NCBI GenBank assembly: GCA_965113315.1
Contig: OZ220368.1
Length of the DNA: 64,000 nucleotides
Origin: Podarcis vaucheri
Taxonomy: Eukaryota
Reading direction: 5' to 3' (one strand)
Part shown: piece after piece, positions 1 through 20,202 of the stretch
Layout of the letters: each line of letters opens with the position of its first letter
Position numbering within the stretch: position 1 is the stretch's first letter
Program-made: the position numbers and the translations under genes
The notes under the pieces: model-generated
What the model was told of the DNA's origin: nothing
Seen by the model: the letters and a program-made list of their open reading frames with translations, nothing else
Databases searched by the model: none

Positions 1-254
1 CCTGTAGTCCGTGAACCATAATATGTTCTTAATAGAACAGCTCTCACTTATGTGCTGAAAGGTCAGATATAGTCATTTCCCCACTTTTATTGTGAGTACA
101 GAAGGGAGTTAACATCTATAAAAAGGCAATTTAGTGATGCCATGTAAACATCCATAGACTCTACGCTTAATGGGCATATTCTGAATTTGCTACCAAGAGC
201 CAAAGAGAGGATCCAGTTTTCCTCCTGAGATTGCCAGGAACAAGCACGGGTATA

Positions 255-480
255 CAGTGGTACCTCAGGTTACAGAAGCTTCAGGTTACAGACTTTGCTA
301 ACCCAGAAATAGTACCTCGGGTTAAGAACTTTGCTTCAGGTTGAGAACAGAAATTGTGTGGTGGCGGCGTGGTGGCAGCAGAAGGCCCCATTAGCTAAAG
401 TGGTACCTCAGGTTAAGAACAGTTTCAGGTTAAGAACAGACCTCCGGAACGAATTAAATTCTTAACCAGAGGTACCACTG
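255..480. mobile_element. Tc1/mariner (pogo/Tigger-like) MITE
   Basis: TIRs CAGTGGTACCTC(AGGTT)...(AACCA)GAGGTACCACTG; TA at 253-254 and 481-482; internal repeats of gtacctcaggttaagaac. Confidence 0.85.
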
Positions 481-663
481 TATTTCTGTTCCTTCTTCAC
501 ACAAAACATAGTTAACATTGGGCATTTCCTGTCACAGGATACAGTTATGGTCACTGGCTTTTATAGGGCTTTGTAAAGGGCAATAAATAATTACAGGATG
601 CAAAGTCTCAACAGCTTAATGGCTTAAATCAGTGGTTTCTTAAATCAGCTCAATGGCTTAAAT

Positions 664-1284
664 CGGTGGTTTCTAACCAGTGTGCCTTGAATGATGGTCA
701 GGGGTGATGCGGGCAACACTGCCCTCTGTCCCTCTTTCCTTCCCTCCCTCCTCTGATCCCCTCCCATATCTACCTCCCAAAGGCTTGCATAGCTGTTTGT
801 TGAAGCCCTGGCTACAAGCTCCCCAGGCAACTGGTGCCTGTGGGGCTGGCCAGGAGGTGTTGGTTGCCAGGAGCTGAGGCAGCCTCGGAGTAAGCAAGCA
901 AGTGGATGAGGGAGCCCAGCCAGCCAGTCCGCCAGCCCTTGCTGTTGGGAATGGACAGACAATTGGGAGGCCGGGCGGGCAGGCAGGTGCTGCGCTGGGA
1001 TCTGAGTGCCCTGTGCTGAAGGGAAGCCTTTCTGCCATGCAGGCCCAGCGGCTCCTGCTGCCGCCTCCCAATGTAAGGTGCTGCCTGGAGGACCCCCAAG
1101 GAGAGGGAAGTGGAGAGGAGGCTGAGGGAACACTCCACAAGGGGAGGGTGTTTGAAAAAGGGTGTGAGGCTGCCAGCTCTGCAAGCAAGGTGACATAACT
1201 GGGCTCCTGAGCCCCACAGGGGTGCCGCAGAAAGAACGTAGTTGGTCAAGGGAGCCATGGACTCAAGAAGGTTGAAAACCTCTG
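664..1284. mobile_element. hAT-type non-autonomous DNA transposon
   Basis: Imperfect TIRs cggtggtttctaacc / ggttgaaaacctctg; 8-bp TSD gcttaaat at 656-663 and 1285-1292. Confidence 0.8.
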
Positions 1285-1826
1285 GCTTAAATGAAACCTC
1301 CACATGGAGAGTTCATTCATGAAGTAATGACATAAATCATTCAGATAAATCTGTAAATATCAGGTGCCAGGGACAAAACAACAAGTATCTTCATGAAGCC
1401 CCCCTCCCAGCTTGTGGGCTTCCCAAAGCAATTGTGCTAGCCACTGATGGAAGCAGTATACTGGGTTAGGTGGGGCTTGGTGTGGTCCAGCAGGGCTTTT
1501 CTGATGCCCTGATGGGCTTAGCTTCCCTGCCAGTGAGTAAAGGGATCTGCTTGCCTTTCCTGTGGCCTCTTGTGCTCCATCAGTAGGCAGGCAGAGGGAA
1601 CAGGCACAGAGGCTCCTTTGTGCTGACTCCTCTTATGCCTGCTTTGTATGGGCTGCAGCTGCCAGCTTCCCTACAGCCTGACCCAGGACTATTCATCTGG
1701 GCAGGCAGGGGGTAGCAGCCCCCTTAGCATAATCAAACTCTCCGCCCCCTGCCTGCTTTGCCTCCAGCTGGGGAAGGGGAGTGACTTTAAACCACCAGCA
1801 GCGCAAGCATCCAAAGTTGCAGAAGG

Positions 1827-1852
1827 GTGTGTGTGTGTGTGTGTGTGTGTGT
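1827..1852. repeat. (GT)n microsatellite
   Basis: About 13 GT units. Confidence 0.95.
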
Positions 1853-2038
1853 CCGTGTCCATCCATATGACTTGTTTTGTTATCTGCCTGTTGCCCTTTC
1901 TAAAGCCCCTCTTTTTGTGGGAAGACCTTACAGGACCGACAGTAGGGGAGACCCAGAAGGATGGAGCAGGATAACTTACCTCCGCCCACCCTCTTGCCAT
2001 TCCCCTACCTGCAATAACTGACTGTCCTCTTCTGGCAG

Positions 2039-10894
<8,856 letters not shown>

Positions 10895-13043
10895 ACATGA
10901 GCCTGGGAGGCAGGGCAGGGAGCCCTCCTTGCACCTCCCCTCTCCCACCTGCCCTGGTTCTCCAAACCCTACTCTGCTCAGATATATGACAGCGTCCCCC
11001 CACTGGGTGGGGGAGCCCTGGCTCCCGGGCTGCGCCGGACTCTGGGGGAGGGGCTGTGAGTTCCAACCCCACCCACCTCATTAGTGCCCCCGTGCCATCT
11101 TGTAACCCTCATGTTTACAGTCACGTTCGGATGGCCCCAATTCGCAACCAGGACCAGGGTCAGGGGTGGGGAGGGTGTGCACTGGCTGAACCGTTGGGGG
11201 TGCCTTGGGAAAAGGCACCAGGAGGAGGGTCGGTTGGAGCCTCGCTGGCTCAGCAACCCCTTTGGGGGTGGATTCTGGCAGCTGCACCTGGGCCCAGGGG
11301 GTCTGGTATCTATTGGGGGTGGTATGCCCCATACTGCCCTGGATCAGGGCCCTGGGGACTGGCCCCACAGATAAGCAAATGGGGGGTTGGGGTGGGGGGA
11401 GGGGGAGGGCAAGAGGGTTGGTTGTAATTGTAAATGTTAATCCTGACATTCTAGGCATCGCTTGGCCACAGGCTAGGCAGCCTTCAGCTAGGCTGCTGCC
11501 CCTGCGAGGGCTTTTCCAGAGATGCATTTAAGACTGCACCTCCCCCCCAACCCAACCACTGCACAGACCTTCCCAGCTTCCCCACCTAGGAAAGGAAAGC
11601 TAGCTTCCCCAGCACTTAACAATTTGCACTTCTCGCCATGGCCTCCCATGATAAGAAACGTTCCTGCTAGAAACTATGTATTGAATTTGGCAGGTTAATG
11701 ACTGGGGTGGGTGGGTAGGGGGCAGGAGAGCTCTCCTTAATTGGGTTGCAAGAGCATGGGAGGATCACAACTCCATGAACAAAAATATGCACTTGTCTCC
11801 CTTCTGATCTTAATATTGAGCCTTATTTGCACACCATCCAGAATCGCACACCTGCAGAGTGAAACATAAGCAAACAGCATCTCTCACAAATAGAAAACGC
11901 GACAGCTGAGAGGCTGGATGCACCGTATTATCATGATAGACATCTCGGGCAGCGCCAGAGACTCTGGGCAGCACATGCAGCTACTGGACAGATTTTGCCC
12001 AGGTGTGCATTCTTGGTCTAGACAGCATCTTCCGGATGCTCCCCCAAGCCTGTTATTCTGAAGCACTTTTCTACACTCTTCCCCTAAGAGGAATAAATTA
12101 ATTTGAATGGGGTCTCCACAAAGGCAAGAGACCATTGGGACCTAGCTCTGCCCTATCCCACAGGGAAAGGGACAGAGCCAACCATGGTGCTAAGAGCAGA
12201 TGATGTGCCAAGTCCTGCCCACACCATTGCAGGTGGGAAAGACACACACACACAGAGCAAAAGCACAAGCTTCCCTAAAGGCTATCCTGGCCAGGCCTGG
12301 CTTCCATGTGGCCCACTTCTCCACTAGTAGTGGGGGCAGAAGCTGCTAGCTTCATGGTGAAGCTTTGGAGAAGTTGGCCATAGGCACCAGCCCCGTCTCC
12401 AACTCCAAGGCTTTTCTCCCTAACACAAAGCAGGGCCTGTGCTGCCTCAGATGGGTAGGAGGTACTAATGGTTCCGTCTTTCGGCCTCACCGTCCCGTGT
12501 TTCCATGTCAGTGTTGCTGCCTGCACTTTACCCCCTAGAAATGCCTGGGTGGAGGAGACAGGAGACCCCGTCAGCCACAATCCTGTCTTGTACCCTGATG
12601 CCAATTCACTTAACCAATGCCAAACAGTGCATGTTGGGGGGCGCCCCTCAGCTCCCAGCCGTGCACGATTGCTGCGGTGTAGCCATGGTGCCAACAGCAA
12701 GGGCACACCTGGCTCCTACCCACGTGGTACCTGTTCCAGCCAGTGGCATGGGCATAGCAGCCAGCGTTCAAGTGCCAAACGTCTGCATCGTGAGCAGTTA
12801 AGAGGGAGAGGGGGGACAGATGGCTCCATGCCATGATGGTACTTTTGCCCTAAGCCGCCAGCCCCCAGACCTTCCCTCCTCTCCGCCGAGGCTGCACTAT
12901 TTAATGCATGGTTCCGTGTCTGTCCTTTCCTCCTGTGTCGAAGGCGGCAGCTAGCATTGCCGCCTCATTGTTCATAGCAATAATTGTGACACGTCTCCCA
13001 TACTGTGACTCTTCCAGTTGTAGATTTTTAAAGTCTGATAGAT

Positions 13044-13052
13044 TTTAATGAA
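13044..13052. terminator. Candidate overlapping poly(A) signals: AATGAA (+, SLC6A9) and ATTAAA (-, CCDC24)
   Basis: gattTTAATGAAattt: + strand AATGAA 13047-13052 followed by a GU-rich tract (~13071-13100); - strand ATTAAA 13044-13049, about 390 nt past the CCDC24 stop. Confidence 0.45.
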
Positions 13053-13434
13053 ATTTATATTCCTGAACCTTGGGTGGTACAGTTCTTTGGTGTGTGTGGA
13101 GGAATGGGGAAGGTGTGGGTTGGGTTCACAGCCTCACTGCCACAAGGCCCACTGCTCTGTGTTGTGGACAAGAAGGAGAAGAAGCATCTCACTGGCATGG
13201 GTCCCACTTGCAAGTAGTTTATCTACATTCATGGGTTGGGGGAGGTTGTGTGTATGCATTTCTTTGCCTTTTTGCTTTCCCTGGAATCCCATTGACCCTG
13301 TTCACAAGGATGAGCAAAAGGCAACAGCAGAAACTCTTGAGGCACAGGATGCTGCAGGGCTGGGTCCCTTGAAGACCCTGCAGCATGGGAGTAGGAAATG
13401 AGGTACTTAAGGGAAGGCGGCAGCTCTCCATTCC

Positions 13435-16400
13435 CTAGCTGGGTCCTTTGCATCGCAGCAGCCGAGTGCGAGGGCAGAAGCGGGGCACTGGGCATGGCTC
13501 TGTAGGAGGCGTGGGGTGGAAGACATGGTCCAACCCTGCTACTGCCAGCCCGCAGGCTGAAGCAATCCTGCCCCCTTTCAGAGGCACTTCCAGCACAGGT
13601 CTGGGCAACAGAACATCAATGTCCTTCCTGGCTTGGTTGGGTTCCTCAACATCTCGCTGCAGCCATCCATAGGACCCTCGTGCTGAGTGGCCCCGCCGGG
13701 GTAGTGCCTGATGGCATAAAGGAGAAGTCTGGTCTCTGAGAGTTGGTGAAGAAGCAGGACTGATCTCTCCAAAGCTTGGTCCTTTTGCCGAGCCTCTTAA
13801 GCCACTGTGAAAGGAAAGGAAGGGGTTACCAAGAAGCAGGAGGTGTTGCCCAAGCATCTTTCCATGTAAAGCGTCAAGGACAGAAGAGCCTTAGTCTCTA
13901 CAGCAGAACTAATGGGTCCTGCACAGAACAAACTCCAGAATTTTTACTTAAAATATGGCAGGTATGCTAGAGATCATACAGCACAAAGTGCCAGCAAGAT
14001 GCCCCCTCTAGATGTTAGACTCCCAACAGCCCCACTTGGAGGGCACCGCGTTGGTGACCCCTGCCATAGAATAATAAACCAACCCTAAACTATGCTTGCA
14101 CCTCTCTGCTGCAGGCGCCAGTTTGACAGCTCCCTCTCAGTTATAATATTATGCAGCTTCATGGTATCATAGCTTTGGTGCTTGCAGGCTCACCTGAATT
14201 GCGGCTGGTAGCTGCTACTCCCAAGATGTTTCGATATCAGGGAAGGACTGGTGCCTGGCTTAGGCTGGCTTAGCTGCAAATCCCGTTCCATGGCGCGCTT
14301 CTCCTCTTGTAATTCTGTGGAGATAAGACCCTATTTCATGGGGATTGGGGGAAGCAACAATCATGAAGAGCATTGGGGCTGGCACTCACAAAGAGACCAT
14401 GCCCCATTGCAAATGCCACTCCTTGGCAACACCTGCCTAAAGATGATGGCTATAGGTACGATGATGCTGCATCCCTTCCCCAATTCCCAGCATGGCCTTA
14501 TCCGAGACTCGGGTTCTGCATACCAGCCATGGTGGGCTCATGTGTTGCCTCTAGCAGCTCTGTAGCATGGTGATGCGCCTCCTCCAGTTGGCACTGTGGA
14601 ACATGAAAAATGCTATAGGAAACACAACACAGAAGAAAGAAGCTGCTTCTTCAATTATACCATTTCTCTTAAAGATGTACATGTCTCTGCTCAAAGGTTT
14701 TCCTCGTGTTGGAAAGCCTTCCCGTATTAAATACCTTACTTTTCCGCCTAGCCTTCTAGTTGCCCCAGTCACTGCAGAAAGCTAATGGATAGGCACCAGC
14801 ATATCCAGTCCCTTCAGCTGATGACGCTCATTTCATATTCTTCTGGAAAATAGTCTGTCAGGTTGCTGACTTAGAAACTTAGTGGGCTGACTTAAAAACC
14901 TCTAACAAATGAGAGCTTATTAAGCAGAGGCTAAATGGCCACTTCTCAGGGATGCTCTAGCAGTGAATAGCCTACATTGCCGGAGGCTGGAGTAGATTAT
15001 CATTGGGATTAGATGATCATTCCAGCTTTTGACCCTGATTCCGCAGTCACAAGTCACTGTGATTTCATAACTTGGCAGCTCTCAGCACTATGGGTGTACT
15101 GCTGCAAAGGTGTGTTTTTTAATAAATCATCATCATCATCAGACACTGTTGACATGAAGTACTCTTGCAGCAGTCCTGCAGCCCAATGTGATAGTGTTTA
15201 CACATCCAAATCATCATAACAGTTTTCCTGCCACTCACATCTTTCCTCAGACCCTCCCTGTCCCCCAGATTTGGGAAGGAGACAAAAAAGCTAGCTATTT
15301 GGGCAGTTGTAGAACTGGTAGAACTGGTATGGAAGCCAAACACCCTTGTCACTCCTCTCTTGATGAACTCAAGAGTTCTGTCCCAAGGCCTGCCCACACT
15401 CTGTTCTAACCCAGGCTGCCATAGCCATGGGAACATCTTTGTCGATACATCTCTGAGACCAAGCTCCTATGTACATGGGGAGGAGGGAAGACATGAGAGC
15501 GGTAATACTAGAACTTGGGTCCATCCAATGCAGAAGATGGTTGCAACATTCAGGACAAACAAAAGTAACTATGGAATTTGCCCCCATGAGATATAGGGAT
15601 GGGTGCCAACTCAGATGACTTGCTGTGGGGATATCCTGCATGCAAATTTACTATAAGCATCTGTGAGAACAGGGTGCTAGACTAGATGGGGCTTTGGTCA
15701 GATCCCACAGCGCCTTGCCTCTGTTCTTACACAATAGTCTAGAAGGGCTGAGGAAATGTGGCCACAGATGCTCCACCTAAACTGCAACAAAAACCAGTCT
15801 CACAGACCTATTGGACAAAACTTGAAGCAGATCCTTGGAAGTGCATGGGAGAAACACTGCTTATGAGGAACTCTAGAGACCCTCCTTGAGATGCGAAGGG
15901 TTTATTCCTTACCTGTAAATAGGGGATGTATCTTTCCAGATCACAGCACTCATCCTCTAGCAAGGTTCTAGGAAAAATAGTATAGCCAGTGAGACCCAAA
16001 GGAGGTGACACATTTGGGACAGAAAGCAATTGCCAGCACTGCAGACTTGGTGTCTCCACATCTTCCTCACTTTTTGTTTACGTTCCCAATGTAGGGGCTG
16101 GCAATTCAATTGAAAGTTAGATGTGAGGATAGCCACCATCTGCTTGCAGTGGCAGTTCATGTTGCTAGGGATGAGAAGAGAAAGCCACACTACTTTGAAG
16201 TAGTTCGTAACTAGGCACAAGTATCTCTAATGCCGACAGTGTTTCTAAACCTTGTTTTGTACTCTGCTGCTCTCCTTGTTCAGAGTTCCTGGCTGGTGAA
16301 CACTTTCTGGCATTTCTGGGGGTGGACTTAAGCAAGCTCCCTTCAATAACTATACATACTGCCTGGAATATGCAGGATGCCCACAAGATGGAAGAATCTT

Positions 16401-19400
16401 TACAAAGCCCTTTGTGTGTTCCCCACTGGAGACTGCACTGGGAGCCAAGACTATGTATGGCTTAGACACCACACTCCTGTGTTGCTTCTTGACCTTCTCT
16501 TGCAGTTCCCACATTTTTATGCTATGCCTTTCCCACCAAGTTCTGCCACAACTGCTGTTTGATCTGCTTCACTCCTTGCAATTACACAGAGCAAAATGTG
16601 CCACTGAAATTATATCTGTACCCAGAGGAAGTTTGGAAAGAGACTCTTGCCCCTCCTTCTCTTCATGATTGTGGTACAGGCCAGACTGGGAGACAGCTGA
16701 TGGGGAGAGTTAGAAGGTAGAATACAAGCTGCTTGGGTCCATCTGCACACATTTTCACACAATGCCATCCCCAGCTTCCCTTCTGTCTCTGCAGTGAGTT
16801 TACTGTTCTCAGACACAAGGCCTTCTGTTATATCTGCCTTCCAGACACCTGCAACGGATACCTGTAACCCTCTTGTGCCTTCTTCCCTCTTACAATATTT
16901 GTGCAAATAAAAAACCTAATAGAGCAAAAACTTACCGAAGTTGAGAGGCTACCTCACTGATATGGGCAATATTCAGTTTATTACAGAAGGATTCCAGATT
17001 AGCGGTTCTGGAGAATAATGGCCTAAGGAAACAGAAATTGGGTGAGACTTGCATTTTCCTGTGACCAGACGGGCTTGATGCCTGCAACTGGGCATTCCTG
17101 CACTAAACAAAGCTTGAATGGGACACTGGCACAAGGATCAGGTAACAGAATTTGGTTGGGGATGTCAGTCATTTTCTTTCCAGGACCCCTAGTCTCTTTC
17201 AATGAGTTGTACTCCCATCCTCTCTGTATGGCTGTCACAGGACAGGGATTCATCAAACTGAACTAGCATGCTTCTTAGGACTCAGACACAGAACATTAAA
17301 ATCACAGACCATGCCCCAGTGGAAGCAACCCTCATAATAGGAGAGGAAGCATAAACTACCCAATCATGATCCTTCAGCCCCATCCTAACCACAAACAAAC
17401 TACCTAGAGAGTCTCTTGAAAACTCTCCAAAACTACTTTAAGGACATCGAAGTGGACGACGTTGCAACCCCCCTTCTCTGGGACACAATGAAAGTGGTCA
17501 TCAGAGGAGCTTACATAAAGGAGAGGACATCCCTTAAAAAACAAACTTCCTCAAAAATTGGTAAATTAGAACAAGACATTTCAACCTTGCCACCACACTA
17601 CAAACAAACAGGAGCCAAAAAAACTCCTTAAATTCATAGAACAAAAAAGATGGGCAATTGACTCTCCAGAAATCAATAAAACAATGATTAACATCCTATA
17701 CTCTAAACAATGCTTTTACGAATATGGAGGGAAGAACTCCATACTATTAGCAAACAGATGCGGGGGGGGGGGAATCACTCAAAACAAGTATACACACTGT
17801 GTCACTATAAAAGACGGTAGTGCTAACATCCACCACCAAAGAAATAACCTCAGAATTTTGTGCCAACCTATACACCTCCCGCAACCCACCTGAACAGGAA
17901 ATCAGAAGATTTCTAACAGGGCTGGCCATGCCAACCATAACTGCAGAGGAACAAAAATTCATGGGGACACCATCAAAAACATCCCCACAACAGCACACCC
18001 ATTTCTCCAAAACAAACTAAAGTAAATCCCCACAACACTGATGCAATCAAAGAACAATGGGCGCATGATATAGGCTATGAAATTAACCCCACCCAATGGA
18101 CTAGAATGTGGTCTATACCTCCATATCAGCCAAAAGTCCATATCAGCCAAAAGAAGGGAACTCACTCTGAAACTCACCTACAGGTGGTACTTAGCACCAC
18201 AGAAACTGGAGCTGATATGCCCAGGAACCTCACCAAGATGTTTGAGAGACTGTACCTCCACATACCAACCTGCTCTTGGTTTCTTCAACTAGATATAAAA
18301 GGAAAACATACTAGGGGTGGGATTCACCTACATCTCTGTCAGTGGAAGCCCTGCACAAAGATTTCTGCTTGCTCAGTGAGTCTCCCCACCACACCCCATT
18401 GATATTGCCCCATCTTTGCTGGCTGAGTCTGTAATTTCACAGCCTCTCTGACTTAACATTAAGGTTCTATCCAAAATGGAGACTTATAATTTAAGTGGGC
18501 ACACCACTGCTAATTCTACATGTGCATAATTTGCATATCTATATAAATAATACAAACACATTTCTAGATTAATGCCACAATGGGACTGAAACCAGCACGG
18601 AGGCCAACTCACTGCAAGTCCCCACTCCTGGAACTTGTATGAGGATCAAATGAGATAAGAGTGATCAGTCCCAAACTGCCCATAGATGCAAAAAGTACCA
18701 ATCGCTGCTAGGTTGCTAAGTCTATGGCATATGGCACTCTGTGGTGATACAGTTCATGGTGTTCCGGGTAAGAACAAGTCACAGCCCAGAAGTTCATTGT
18801 GTGGAGGCTGCAGCTTCCTTCAGTCTTACCTGATTAGGGCACTGCTCCCAGATGAAGACTGACTATTGCCAGCATTTGCCTTCAGTGCAAAGGTGACCAC
18901 ATGAGGGCTGTATTTAGCGATGGCACAATCTTGGTTCCTGTGAAGCAGAAAACGTACACCCATAAGGTAATTGTTCATCTCCAGGACAAGGACAAGAGAA
19001 GACCAGTTGGTGGCAGTGCTGGGTCACAAAACCACCCAGTAGCTGGAATGAATAGAAGCCTAAAAGGAAAAACAACCTGGACTAAAGAGCCCAGTGAGGT
19101 CCAATTTTCCATACCAAGTAGACCACAAAAGTAGTTTGACACAGAACCAAGAGAACACATACTGTATTGTGCAGTGGGGAGACTGAGGCAAAATTTTGAT
19201 GCCACGCCCCAGTCCTTGCCCTGCCTTCCCAAAGCCAGCTAAGTGAGACAACAGGCTTTGGGAGAGTCCTAGAGCACTCCAGGGAAGCAGCAATTAGGCT
19301 TTGGGCAGGAGGCAGGAGGACTCTAGGACCCTGCCAGATCCTTTACACCTCCTTCGCCAATCCTAGTGCCTTGCTTATCTGGCTTTGGGAAGGCAGCATG

Positions 19401-20171
19401 AGGGCTGGGGAGGGTGTCAAATGTTGCCCAGGACCAACAAAACAGGCCTTGAGGGCTACATGCAGCCCTCAGGCCATTCATTGGACCCGGTTCTAGGCAG
19501 CACACAGGGAGCCATGACCTGTGCTCACGTCAATTCAACAAGAGGGGAGCTATTTGAAAGTACCGTATTTTTCGCTCTATAACACGCAGATTTTTTCTCC
19601 TAAAAAGGAAGGGGAAATGTCTGTGCGTGTTATGCAGCGAATGTGTGGTCCCTGGAGCCGAAAAATGAGGCAAAAATCAAACCGCGCTTCAGGGAGAAGG
19701 GAGCTCCGTGAGAGAGGAAGCTGTTGCTTTCCTGCATTCTGCCTCAGGGTCTTACCGCCCACCCGCTTCTGTTTCCTTGCTGTGTTTGCTCAAACGGAAC
19801 AAAGAGCAGGGAAAGCCCCTCCCCTCCAGGCAAGAAGAGAGGAAAAGCAGAGCGTCCTTGTCCTTCGTTCTATCCTCTCCCTGCTCCGGAGGGAACAATG
19901 TTTGTGAAGGGAAGAGAGATTGCAGGTTCGGCTTAAAATTCTGATTTGACTTCCTGCTTTTTGTTTTTGGAGACACACAGCATTCAAATATGCTTTCTTC
20001 CATTTAAAAGGATGAAATCCTTAAACAGTGTTTTGCCTGTAAATTCATGCGATCTGGAAGATTACAGTGTCTGTACCTCTTAAGGGATGGCAAAGCTTAG
20101 GTTTCGCTGCTAAATAGTTCTTAATGCAGTTAAAATGCTTTCTTCTGTCATGCTGGTGGGAGGGAGAGGGA

Positions 20172-20202
<31 letters not shown>

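Noticed and set aside
645-1303. Overlapping 160-190 aa ORFs
   Set aside because: They lie within a GC-rich hAT non-autonomous element and show no transposase or other recognisable motifs.
13909-13930. Alternative acceptor for the last CCDC24 exon at 13918
   Set aside because: It gives a stop after two codons; the acceptor at 13804 has a stronger pyrimidine tract and a long open frame. It cannot be excluded as a minor isoform.
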